Made by a program: the position numbers and the translations under genes. This document shows positions 9,575 to 18,224 of a DNA stretch of 64,000 nt, piece after piece (position 1 is the first letter of the stretch; each line of letters starts with the position of its first letter). Under the pieces are notes generated by a model. The model was not told the DNA's origin. It did no database searches and saw nothing but the letters and a program-made list of their open reading frames with translations. Source of the DNA: Candidatus Acidiferrales bacterium (GTDB taxonomy: Bacteria; Acidobacteriota; Terriglobia; Acidiferrales; UBA7541); the NCBI GenBank assembly GCA_035262725.1, contig DATFSH010000012.1:688-64687 (forward strand), given 5' to 3'.

Positions 9575-9856
9575 ATGATCCTCGGCCGCGTCATCGGCAA
9601 AGTCGTTGCCACCATGAAGAACGTTACGCTCAATGGCCAGCGCCTTCTCATCGTGCAGCCCATCGACCGTCACGGCCGCGACAAGGGTAAAGCGATCGTC
9701 GCGCTCGATGCCGTGGGTGCTGGAGCAGGTGAAACCGTCTATTGGTGCCGGGGCAAGGAAGCCAGCTTTCCGTTTCTTCCCGTCGAGCCGCCCACTGACG
9801 CAACCATCGTCGGCATCGTCGACGAAATCAACGCCGCCAAATCCGGGAATCCCTGA
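9575..9856 (+). CDS. BMC-P vertex protein (EutN/CcmL family), paralog 2
   Basis: 'MILGRVIGKVVATMKN..LLIVQPID...ALDAVGAGAGETVYW..ATIVGIVDEI'. ATG at 9575 inside ORF 9347..9856. It diverges in the segment where paralogs 1 and 3 read 'GSSAR' / 'AEGFSA'. Confidence 0.88.
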   Translation: MILGRVIGKVVATMKNVTLNGQRLLIVQPIDRHGRDKGKAIVALDAVGAGAGETVYWCRGKEASFPFLPVEPPTDATIVGIVDEINAAKSGNP

Positions 9857-10138
9857 ATGCTGATCGCGCGCGTCGTCGGCGACATTGTCGCCACTCAAAA
9901 AGATCCGTCGCACCAAGCCCGCAAAATCCTTCTCGTGCAGCCGCTCAATCTCGACGGCTCCGACCGCGGCGAAGCCGTTCTCGCGCTCGATGCCGTGGAG
10001 GCCGGAATCGGAGAGCGCGTCCTGCTTTCCGCCGAAGGCTTCTCCGCGATGACCGCCGTCGGCCGCCCCAACTCCCCCATCGACACTGCTGTAATCGGCG
10101 TAATCGATGAAGTCACGCTAATCGAAAACGCAAGGTAA
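9857..10138 (+). CDS. BMC-P vertex protein (EutN/CcmL family), paralog 3
   Basis: 'MLIARVVGDIVATQKD..LLVQPLNLDGS..ALDAVEAGIGERVLLSAEG...AVIGVIDEV'. Its ATG directly abuts the stop of paralog 2 (TGAATG). Confidence 0.9.
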   Translation: MLIARVVGDIVATQKDPSHQARKILLVQPLNLDGSDRGEAVLALDAVEAGIGERVLLSAEGFSAMTAVGRPNSPIDTAVIGVIDEVTLIENAR

Positions 10139-10141
10139 CAA

Positions 10142-10167
10142 TAGGGGCGGTCTCAGACCCGCCCGCG
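10142..10167. repeat. REP-like palindromic element (GGGGCGG-TCTCAGA-CCCGCCC family)
   Basis: TAGGGGCGGTCTCAGACCCGCCCGCG lies 4 nt after the last BMC-P stop. Related copies at 56087 and 62273 (inverted). Confidence 0.7.
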
Positions 10168-10378
10168 CAGCCCACACCTCCGCCCAATCCATTCGCCGTG
10201 GCGTATACCTCAGCGCAGGTCTGCCTCCTGCCGCAACACATCGTTTGCCCCTCCAACGTTCAGCAAACCGGATTCACGTGCGTCGCTTCATCTCGTCCAC
10301 CGAAAAAAAGGCAGCGCTCGCTGCATCGAACGCTGCCCATTCCGCGACCACCACGAGAATCCAGCCTGCTCCAGTTCA

Positions 10379-10753
10379 TTACTTCCCTGCTATGGTGCCC
10401 CCCGTAACCGAAATGTATTTCGCCTTGCCGTCAAAATGCACCTCGGTGATCTGGTTACCGTCAGTCACAACGGATGTGTAGGAGGCTTTGCTCTGCCCGT
10501 CTTTCCACTCGATCGGAGCTTCCGCCACCACTTTTCCGTCGCGAGAGACCGTCATCTTCGACCCGTCGGCAGAGACCTGATACGTCCCGGGCTTGAGATC
10601 TTTTCCGGCCAGAGTAGCTGCGCTATGCAGATCGACAGCGACGCGGGAAACCGGCTTGACTGTCTTTGAATCGTCGGCGCGAGCTGCGATTGGAATCACC
10701 AGAGCCAGCGCCGCCAGTATTGTCACCACAAAATTCGTTCGACGATGTTCCAT
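10379..10753 (-). CDS. Small secreted protein of unknown function
   Basis: ATG at 10753 is preceded by AGGAG. The signal peptide 'FVVTILAALALVIPIAARA' is followed by a beta-rich mature part of about 95 aa. Confidence 0.6.
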   Translation of the reverse strand: MEHRRTNFVVTILAALALVIPIAARADDSKTVKPVSRVAVDLHSAATLAGKDLKPGTYQVSADGSKMTVSRDGKVVAEAPIEWKDGQSKASYTSVVTDGNQITEVHFDGKAKYISVTGGTIAGK

Positions 10754-11145
10754 TTTGTTTCTCCTTGTTCTCACTCGCCCCTTGCAAACTCTTAGACGCA
10801 ATGGCTTCTGCACTGGGAGCGCCATTTCAAAAGATTCATAAAAAAAGCCTTGCAGCAATCGTTATAACGAAATCGCTCCGCATACGGACACCGTGCGTGC
10901 GAAAGTGAACAGCTTGCTCGACCGGCGACAAAAATGAGTAAAAACGCAACATTCTCCGAATTTTCGGAGAATGCCGAACGCAGCGGCATGCTGTTTTCGC
11001 AGCGCTCTTCTTGAATACGCTGCGCCCCGGCGATTAGTTCCACCGCAATCACAAATTAACAAATTCATCGATTCGGATTTTCTACTTGTAGTGTGAGTGC
11101 ACCTTTTTGGTGCACGCGCATTTTGTGGGCCTGCGGCGCCCGCAT

Positions 11146-11174
11146 TTGACACCCCGGCGACGCTCAGGAATAAT
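11146..11174 (+). promoter_or_regulatory. Sigma-70-type promoter of ruvA, possibly giving a leaderless mRNA
   Basis: TTGACA (11146-51), 17-nt spacer, AATAAT (11169-74). The ruvA ATG starts at 11183, with 8 nt between the end of the -10 and the ATG. No Shine-Dalgarno sequence lies between them. Confidence 0.45.
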
Positions 11175-11182
11175 CGCTCGAC

Positions 11183-11809
11183 ATGATCGGTTCGCTTCGC
11201 GGCAAGCTCATTGACAAACGCCCCAATCAGATTCTCCTGGACGTGAATGGCGTGGGCTATCAAGTTCAGATCCCGCTCTCCACGTTCGCGAGCCTCGCCG
11301 CCCTGCACGCCGAAACGAACCTCTTGATACACACGCACGTGCGCGAGGACCAGATCACGCTCTACGGCTTTGCTACGGCACGTGAAAAACAGTGTTTTGA
11401 GCTGCTGATTTCCGCTTCCGGCGTGGGTCCTTCGCTGGCGTTAAAGATTCTGTCCGGGATGAGCATCGAAGAGCTGGTGCCCGCAATCCGCAAGAGCGAT
11501 CTCGCGCAGCTCGTGAAAATTCCCGGCGTCGGCCGCAAGACGGCCGAGCGAATCGTCGTCGAGTTGCGTGACAGGCTCGTCGTGATTGATGTTCCGGAAG
11601 CTGGCAAGCCCAGCACGCGCTCTCAACTCGAGGACGACGTGGCCTCCGCGCTGATGAATCTTGGTTACGATGCGAATTCGGTCGAGCGCGCCGTTGAAAA
11701 ATCTCGCGCAGCCGCCGGCAACGACTTCGAGAAACTGCTTCGTTCCTCGCTGCAGATTCTCGGCAGCTCCGCGATGCAAAAATCCGCCCGCGCAGGCCGC
11801 GACGAATGA
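11183..11809 (+). CDS. ruvA: Holliday junction branch-migration complex subunit RuvA
   Basis: '[31 protein letters not shown]' and the HhH region '[19 protein letters not shown]'. Confidence 0.95.
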   Translation: MIGSLRGKLIDKRPNQILLDVNGVGYQVQIPLSTFASLAALHAETNLLIHTHVREDQITLYGFATAREKQCFELLISASGVGPSLALKILSGMSIEELVPAIRKSDLAQLVKIPGVGRKTAERIVVELRDRLVVIDVPEAGKPSTRSQLEDDVASALMNLGYDANSVERAVEKSRAAAGNDFEKLLRSSLQILGSSAMQKSARAGRDE

Positions 11810-12834
11810 CCGGCGACCGCAACCGGATCATTTCCGGCAGAGCCTTCGAAGAAGACGTGCGACTTGACGCAACGGTGCGCCCGCAGAAAATCGAAGACTT
11901 CATCGGCCAGTCGCGCGTAAAAGAAAATCTGAAAATCGCCGTCGACGCCGCTCGCAACCGGGGCGAGGCGCTCGATCACGTCCTGCTCTACGGCCCGCCG
12001 GGGCTCGGCAAGACCACTCTCGCGCAAATCCTCGCCAACGAAATGGGCTCCGCCATCAAAATCAGCTCGGGCCCGCTGCTGGAAAAAAAAGGCGACCTCA
12101 CCGCCGTCCTCACATCGCTTGACGCGCGCGATTTTTTCTTTCTCGACGAAATTCACCGGCTGCAGCCGGCGCTCGAAGAAATCCTTTATCCCGCGATGGA
12201 GGATTTCCGCATTGACCTGATCATCGGCCAGGGCCCCGGGGCGCGCGTTCATCCCTACCAGCTGAACCGCTTCACGCTGATCGGGGCCACCACGCGCGCG
12301 GGCTTGATTATGGCGCCGCTGCGCTCGCGCTTCGGCATTGTCCATCGCCTGGAATTTTATTCGCCGGAGGATTTGCAGCGCATCGTAGAGCGCTCCGCAA
12401 AAATTCTCGGCATCACCATGGACCGCGAAGGCGCGGGGGAGATCGCCCGCCGCAGCCGCGGCACCCCGCGCGTCGCAAACCGCCTGCTCCGCCGCGTCCG
12501 CGATTTTGCCGAAGTGCGCGCCAAGGGCCACATCACCCTGGGCGTGGCGCGCGATGCGCTCGCCATGCTCGGCGTCGACGAGCACGGCCTCGACGAAGTC
12601 GATCGCAATTTGATGCTCACCATCATTCAAAAATATTCAGGCGGCCCGGTGGGCCTGAATACAATCGCCGCCTCGCTCAGCGAGGAAGAAGACGCCATCG
12701 AAGAAATCTACGAGCCCTACCTGATGCAGCTGGGGCTGCTTGACCGTACGCCGCGCGGCCGCGTGGCAACGGCGCTGGCGTACAAGCATTTCGGCTTCGA
12801 TGAGCCGCGGCGCCAGCCTGCTCTTTTCAGTTAG
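11806..12834 (+). CDS. ruvB: Holliday junction ATP-dependent DNA helicase RuvB
   Basis: '[11 protein letters not shown]', Walker A '[11 protein letters not shown]', 'FLDEIHRL', '[10 protein letters not shown]'. 4-nt overlap with ruvA. Confidence 0.97.
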   Translation: MTGDRNRIISGRAFEEDVRLDATVRPQKIEDFIGQSRVKENLKIAVDAARNRGEALDHVLLYGPPGLGKTTLAQILANEMGSAIKISSGPLLEKKGDLTAVLTSLDARDFFFLDEIHRLQPALEEILYPAMEDFRIDLIIGQGPGARVHPYQLNRFTLIGATTRAGLIMAPLRSRFGIVHRLEFYSPEDLQRIVERSAKILGITMDREGAGEIARRSRGTPRVANRLLRRVRDFAEVRAKGHITLGVARDALAMLGVDEHGLDEVDRNLMLTIIQKYSGGPVGLNTIAASLSEEEDAIEEIYEPYLMQLGLLDRTPRGRVATALAYKHFGFDEPRRQPALFS

Positions 12835-13251
12835 CCCGCCAAATTTTTCCGTTTGAGCCGGGGAACGAGATCAGCTACCCCCCGTTTTCCTGCCGATTAT
12901 AAATTCGCAAGTTATTGATTTACAGCCACTTGCGCGGCGTTTCAATCTACGGTCGCGACCCTGGCGGGCCGCCCTACCTTCTCGCCAAGTACGTCCTGCT
13001 TCCAACTAATTCCACCCTCCTGCTCATTTAGATTAGACGCGCCGCGAGCCGAGGCGGTAACTTCGCCGCAAGAGGCAGGCTGAAATATCTTGCGACTTCA
13101 TCGACCGATTCAGCTTCGCTTTGGTGAATGTGGTGTGACGCAGGGGGTTGCGGCGATGCTGTAACTGAATCTAAACCGTCCCGGCAAGCCAGGGCTATGA
13201 AAGCGGCGACGAGCCGCCGCACTCCAAACAGGCCGCTGTCGCGGCGAGGGA

Positions 13252-13653
13252 TTAAGAGTTCTTCCTGCGTTCGCGGCCATCGACGGACAAGGCGCCGGCT
13301 GAGAGGCCTCCGACGGCAATTCCGCCTGCAGCGAGGCCGCCCATGGCGATTGCGCCCAGCGCCAGGCCGCCCATTGCGATCAAACCCAGCGAGATTCCGC
13401 CTAGTGCGACAACTCCCATTGCTTTGCCGCCGAGAGCGAGGATGCCGCGAGCGTTACCGCCGAGGGCGATGTATCCGCGAGCGGAGCCGCCTAGCGCAAG
13501 CCATCCCCGTGCTTCGTCACCAATGGCGATGATGCCGCGCGCTTTGCCGTGGGGCTCGCCGCGATGTGGCCCGAGGGCGACGTCAATGAGCGGCAATCCA
13601 GCGAAGGTCCGTTCGGAGCGGCTGCGAATCGATTTGTGCGAATCTTTTTTCAT
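13252..13653 (-). CDS. Small protein built from nine decapeptide repeats (G-x-[IL]-A-[LMI]-G-G-x-A-x), basic N-terminus
   Basis: 133-aa ORF. Residues 40-126 read GIIAIGDEAR/GWLALGGSAR/GYIALGGNAR/GILALGGKAM/GVVALGGISL/GLIAMGGLAL/GAIAMGGLAA/GGIAVGGLSA/GALSVDG. No family name is assigned. Confidence 0.6.
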   Translation of the reverse strand: MKKDSHKSIRSRSERTFAGLPLIDVALGPHRGEPHGKARGIIAIGDEARGWLALGGSARGYIALGGNARGILALGGKAMGVVALGGISLGLIAMGGLALGAIAMGGLAAGGIAVGGLSAGALSVDGRERRKNS

Positions 13654-13767
13654 ATATTTGCCGATTGTCTTGAGGCTACGTTGGTGCAGGGCCGACTGTC
13701 AACGAGTGAGCAGGCGCACTGCGCCTGAATCCGATTGGGGCGGATTTGCGTACCAGTGGCAGAGGCT

Positions 13768-14172
13768 ATGAAAACCATTCTTAGAACCTGTTTATTCCTA
13801 GCGTTTGCCGCGCATTCCGTGTTCGGTCAAACGGGAGGATCGCAGGTGAAGCGCGAATCCTCGCAGCACGACGCAGTTCATTCCCAGCAACTAAAATGGC
13901 GGCCGTGGTCGGATGCGTTCGCGGATGCGAAGCGCGAGAAGCGCTTTGTGCTGCTCGATCTGGAAGCGGTGTGGTGCCACTGGTGCCATGTGATGGACGC
14001 GAATACGTATTCTGATCCCACGGTGATCAGGCGAAAGCGGGATTCTAATCCTGCAGCGAGAGGCCGGCGGACGATCGACTCGCCGGTTATTCGCAGCGCA
14101 GGGAGACCATCGGGTCGATGCGGGCGGCGCGGCGGGCCGGGATGTAGCTGGCGAGCAGCGCAATCAGGCTGA
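13768..14172 (+). pseudogene. Truncated DUF255/thioredoxin-like periplasmic protein
   Basis: A signal peptide is followed by 'WRPWSDAFADAKREKRFVLLDLEAVWCHWCHVMDANTYSDPTVI'. Family-like sequence stops near 14030. The remaining ORF is Arg/Gly junk overlapping the 3' end of the convergent permease gene. Confidence 0.5.
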
Positions 14173-16558
14173 GCAGGGCGGCGATTCCCACGAAGGTGGG
14201 CGGGTCGGTTGAACGCACGCCAAAAAGCAGGCTTCGCATCAGGCGAGTGAGCGCGAAAGCGCCGGCAAGACCTATTGCCACGCCCGTCAGGGCGAGAATC
14301 ATTCCCTGGCGCACGATGAGATGGAGAATATTTTTCTGCGTGGCGCCTAGCGCGAGGCGGATTCCGATTTCGCGCGTCCCCTGATTCACCATGTAAGCCA
14401 TCACACCGTAGATGCCGATTGTGGCGAGAGCAAGGGCGAGAGCGGCAAAAAGCGCCAACATCACCATGGAGAAACGGCGGCGCGCCAGGGATTCCTGGAC
14501 GCGGTCGTCCATGGTGCGCACATTGTAGAGCGGGAGATCAGGGTCCAGCTCGCGAATTTCTTTTTTTATGGCGGAGGTGAGCGCAGCGGGCGCGACATTG
14601 CTGCGCAAGACGACGTTCATGGCCTGCGTGGTGTACTGCGAATGCGGAAAATAGAAAGCGATGCGCGGATCTGAATCGAGCGCGTCCTGTTTCACCCGGC
14701 CCACGACGCCGACGATGGTGATCCAGGGCTCTTTGGAATCGAGACCGCCGGAACGAATACGTTTACCAAGAGGATCTTCGCGCGGCCAATACTGCTGGGC
14801 AAAATATTCGTCGATGATGGCTACTTTTTGAGTATCCGGCGTGTCGAGGTCGTTGAAGAAGCGCCCCTGGCGCAGCGGAATCTGCATGGCGTCGAAATAG
14901 TGGCCGCTGACGATGCGCTCATCGGCGTTGATGAAATTTTCGCCGGGAGGCGGCGTGCGTCCTTCGATGGTGATGGGACCCCAGGCAAACATTTCGCTGA
15001 GCGGAAGCGAGGTGACTGCGCCGGCGGCGGAGACTCCGGGAATGCGCTCGAGGCGTACATTCAGCTGGCGGTAGGTGGCGAGGACGGTGGCGCGGTCCTT
15101 GTAACGCAGGCCGCTGGTGGTGAGCTCAAGCGTGAGGACGCCGCGGGGATTGAATCCGGGCGCGACGTTTTCGAGGCTGGCGAAACTGCGAATTAGCAGA
15201 CCAGCGCCGATGAGCAGGACGACCGAGAGCGCGAGTTCGGATACGACGAAGAGGCGGCGAAGATTATTGCCGCGTCCCCAGACGGCGCCTGTGCCGGCGG
15301 AGCCGCGCGTGCCGTCACTCAAGGCGGCGTGCATATCGAGGCGCGCGATGCGCAGGGCCGGAGCGAGGCCGAAAAGAATTCCGGATACAACGGAAAGCGA
15401 CAAGGTGAAGAGCAGGGCTGTGCGGTCGACGCCGATGTCGGTGAGACGCGGAACGCTTTTCGGACCGAGCACGTGAATCCAGTGGACACTGAGAATCGCG
15501 AAGACGATTCCGAGCACGCCTCCGCAAAGCGCGAGCAGGATGCTTTCCGTGAGCAACTGGCGAATGATGCGGCGGGCGCTGGCGCCCAAGGCCGTGCGCA
15601 CGGCGATTTCTTTGCGGCGAGCGACGGCGCGGGAGAGCAGGAGATTGGCGACGTTGGCGCAGGCGATCAAGAGGACGAAAGCGACGGCGCCGAGCAAAAT
15701 GATCAAGGTGCGGCGGGCGTCGCCAACGACTTGGTCCTGGAGCGGGACGATTGCGAAGGTGAGGCCGCCGTTGGGCGGATATTCCTTGGGATGATCCTGG
15801 CGGAGTCGGGCGGTGAGCGTGTTCATTTCGGCTTGGGCTTGGACGGCGCTGACGCCGGGCCTGAGCTTGCCGATGATGTTGTAGTCTTCGTGGTCGCGAT
15901 TCTGCGCGGCATCCGGCTTCATGGGAAAAGGCAGGAGAATTTCGGCCTGATTTTCAGCGCCATAGAGGGTGGGCATCACTTCGCGCGGCAGGGAGAAGGA
16001 TTTCGGGAGGATGCCGACCACTTCGCGCGGCGTGCCGTTGATGGCGATTTTTTTGCCGAGGATTTGCGGGTCGGAGCCAAAGCGGCGAGTCCAGGTGCCG
16101 TAGCTGAGAATCGCGGTGGGATTATGGCCGGCGAGATCTTCGTCGGGGAGAAACAGGCGGCCCATTGCGGCGCGATAGCCGAGCATCGGGAGAAGATTCG
16201 AAGAGACGCGGATGGTGCCGATGCGTTCGGGATCGCCATTGCCGGTGAGGTTGTCGTTGGTGCCGTAGGCGATGGCGGCATCTTCGAAGCCGGAGTGGTT
16301 GTTCTTGATGTCGAAATATTGCGCGGTGGAAAACCAATCCTGGGTGATGCCGAGGCCGGGCGAGGTGTTCCAGAGGATGACGAGGCGGCCGGGGTCTTTA
16401 TAGGGAAGCGGGCGGAGGAGAAGAGCGCTGGTGATGCTAAAGATGGAAGTATTCGCGCCGATGCCGATGGAGAGAGAGAGGATTGCGGCGATGGCGAAGC
16501 CGGGATTTTTGGCGAGGGCTCGAAGCGCGTAGCGAATGTCGCGAATCAGTGCGTTCAT
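14087..16558 (-). CDS. ADOP-type duplicated MacB/FtsX-family ABC permease (orphan, no adjacent ATPase)
   Basis: 823 aa. N-terminus 'IRDIRYALRALAKNPGFAIAAILSLSIGIGANTSIFS' and two FtsX-like 4-TM modules separated by a large periplasmic domain. This is typical of acidobacterial duplicated orphan permeases. Confidence 0.85.
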   Translation of the reverse strand: MNALIRDIRYALRALAKNPGFAIAAILSLSIGIGANTSIFSITSALLLRPLPYKDPGRLVILWNTSPGLGITQDWFSTAQYFDIKNNHSGFEDAAIAYGTNDNLTGNGDPERIGTIRVSSNLLPMLGYRAAMGRLFLPDEDLAGHNPTAILSYGTWTRRFGSDPQILGKKIAINGTPREVVGILPKSFSLPREVMPTLYGAENQAEILLPFPMKPDAAQNRDHEDYNIIGKLRPGVSAVQAQAEMNTLTARLRQDHPKEYPPNGGLTFAIVPLQDQVVGDARRTLIILLGAVAFVLLIACANVANLLLSRAVARRKEIAVRTALGASARRIIRQLLTESILLALCGGVLGIVFAILSVHWIHVLGPKSVPRLTDIGVDRTALLFTLSLSVVSGILFGLAPALRIARLDMHAALSDGTRGSAGTGAVWGRGNNLRRLFVVSELALSVVLLIGAGLLIRSFASLENVAPGFNPRGVLTLELTTSGLRYKDRATVLATYRQLNVRLERIPGVSAAGAVTSLPLSEMFAWGPITIEGRTPPPGENFINADERIVSGHYFDAMQIPLRQGRFFNDLDTPDTQKVAIIDEYFAQQYWPREDPLGKRIRSGGLDSKEPWITIVGVVGRVKQDALDSDPRIAFYFPHSQYTTQAMNVVLRSNVAPAALTSAIKKEIRELDPDLPLYNVRTMDDRVQESLARRRFSMVMLALFAALALALATIGIYGVMAYMVNQGTREIGIRLALGATQKNILHLIVRQGMILALTGVAIGLAGAFALTRLMRSLLFGVRSTDPPTFVGIAALLSLIALLASYIPARRAARIDPMVSLRCE

Positions 16559-16647
16559 CGAGGGCCGGAACCATTCATAGTGGACGATTCACCTGGGCGG
16601 TGGAACAAGACTGCTGGAATTAGACGGCGCTTTCGAGTTTTCGTCTC

Positions 16648-17508
16648 TTACGGGCCGGATGAAAATGTGTTGCAGGACTTGATGCTGCCGGAGGTGAGGC
16701 CCGTCTTGAACCATTGCGCGCGCTGGGCGGAGGTACCGTGGGTGAATTTGTCGGGCATCACGCGGCCGGTGGCCTGTTTTTGGAGACGGTCGTCGCCGAC
16801 GGCGGCTGCGGCATTCAGCGCGGAGGTGACGTCGCTCTGGTCGATCAGGTTGCGCTGCTCGGTGGAGTTGCCCCAGACGCCGGCGAGGCAATCGGCTTGC
16901 AGTTCGAGGAGCACGGAGAGTTGATTGGCGGCGCCCGGATTGCGTTGCTGTTCGGCGCGGACGGTGCGTTCGATGCCGAGGATTTTTTGCACGTGGTGGC
17001 CGATTTCGTGGGCGATGACGTAGGCCTGCGCGAATTCGCCGGAGGCGCCGAAGCGGCTGCGGAGTTCGTCGAAGAAGCCGAGGTCGAGGTAGACCTTTTC
17101 GTCGCCGGGGCAATAGAAGGGACCGGTGGCGGTGCCGGCCTGGCCGCAGGGCGAGTTGGTTTGATCGCGGAAGAGGACGAGCTTGGCGTGGCGGTAGTTG
17201 GGGATCAGCTTGTCCCAATCGGCTTGGGCATCGTCGAGGACGAAGGACACGAACTGGACTTCGCGCGATTCGGCCGCTTTGCGCGCGGGATCTTCGGGGC
17301 GGCTAATGGTGGCGGCGCCACCGGGTGAGCCGGAATTGAGAAAGGGTGAGATCAAATCGCGCTTGAAGATGAAGCTGAGAACGAGCAGGACCAAAAGGCC
17401 GCCGATGCCGAATGGAACGCCTCCGCCGCCGAATCCGAAACCTCCGCCGCCACTGCTATCGCGACGATCTTCGATGTCGCCGCTTACGCCGCTAGGAGTC
17501 CAGCGCAT
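16648..17508 (-). CDS. ypfJ: YpfJ-family neutral zinc metallopeptidase
   Basis: A Gly-rich N-terminus plus TM segment, then 'FYCPGDEKVYLDLGFF' and the zinc motif 'AHEIGHHVQ'. Confidence 0.85.
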   Translation of the reverse strand: MRWTPSGVSGDIEDRRDSSGGGGFGFGGGGVPFGIGGLLVLLVLSFIFKRDLISPFLNSGSPGGAATISRPEDPARKAAESREVQFVSFVLDDAQADWDKLIPNYRHAKLVLFRDQTNSPCGQAGTATGPFYCPGDEKVYLDLGFFDELRSRFGASGEFAQAYVIAHEIGHHVQKILGIERTVRAEQQRNPGAANQLSVLLELQADCLAGVWGNSTEQRNLIDQSDVTSALNAAAAVGDDRLQKQATGRVMPDKFTHGTSAQRAQWFKTGLTSGSIKSCNTFSSGP

Positions 17509-17642
17509 GAATCACCTCAGGAAGGGGTACGAACGTCTAGAAGATTATACGCGACGAAGCTACGTGGGCGGAGCAAATGCTTCGAAGCGGAAATGTGCGG
17601 GTATGATGACTCGGTAAATTAAATTGGAGAGATGCGGCTTAG

Positions 17643-18143
17643 ATGACGACGATTTACTTATCGCTGGGGTCGAATATGGGGAATCGCGCGGAGAATATTG
17701 TGCGGGCGATTGCGGCGCTCGGGCGGCGCGGGGTGCGCGTGACGCAAGAGTCTTCCTTGTATGAGACCGAGCCGCTGGAGATTCGGGAGCAGCCGTGGTT
17801 CTTGAATTGCGCGATTGCGGCGGAGACGGAACTTTCGCCGGAGGGATTGATGGAAATGCTGCTCGAGATCGAGCGCGAGATGGGGCGCGAGAGAATTGTG
17901 CCGAAGGGGCCGCGATTGATTGACATGGATATTCTGCTTTACGGCGAGGATGTTGTGAGGGAGCCGGGGCTCGAGATTCCTCATGCGCGAATGGCGGAGC
18001 GAAAGTTTGTGCTTGTGCCGCTGGCGGAGATTGCCGGGGAGACGACTCATCCCGTTGCGATGATGACGATTGCGGAATTGCTGGAAGCGACGGTGGATCG
18101 GAGCGAGGTGAGGAAGTGGCCAGACAAAATGCGTGCTGGCTGA
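17643..18143 (+). CDS. folK: 2-amino-4-hydroxy-6-hydroxymethyldihydropteridine diphosphokinase (HPPK)
   Basis: 'IYLSLGSNMGNR', 'SSLYETEP', 'GPRLIDMDILLYG', 'IPHARMAERKFVLVPLAEI'. Confidence 0.9.
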   Translation: MTTIYLSLGSNMGNRAENIVRAIAALGRRGVRVTQESSLYETEPLEIREQPWFLNCAIAAETELSPEGLMEMLLEIEREMGRERIVPKGPRLIDMDILLYGEDVVREPGLEIPHARMAERKFVLVPLAEIAGETTHPVAMMTIAELLEATVDRSEVRKWPDKMRAG

Positions 18144-18224
18144 AGGCGGCCTAAGAATTGAAATCCGGCGGCCGGTCGGTGTACGTTATCGGCCTGCCTG
18201 CAACCAATGAATGGAGGGCACTTC

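Noticed and set aside
13276-13536. Regular 30-nt DNA periodicity here, and a 27-nt periodicity at 21662-22156. Both were considered as a CRISPR array or non-coding tandem repeat.
   Set aside because: Units are contiguous with no unique spacers. They are in frame and translate into coherent peptide repeats inside long ORFs. No cas genes are present.
15329-16924. 531-aa plus-strand ORF, the longest of several large ORFs antisense to real genes. Others are 11665..12630 (-), 37542..38555 (-), 60478..61674 (-), 42262..43131 (-) and 5680..6291 (-).
   Set aside because: All lie entirely opposite strongly recognisable genes (ADOP permease, ruvB, mutS2, M42 peptidase, rpoD, yvcK). Their products are Arg/Gly/Ala/Asp-rich with no motifs. 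They are typical stop-free shadow frames of GC-rich DNA.
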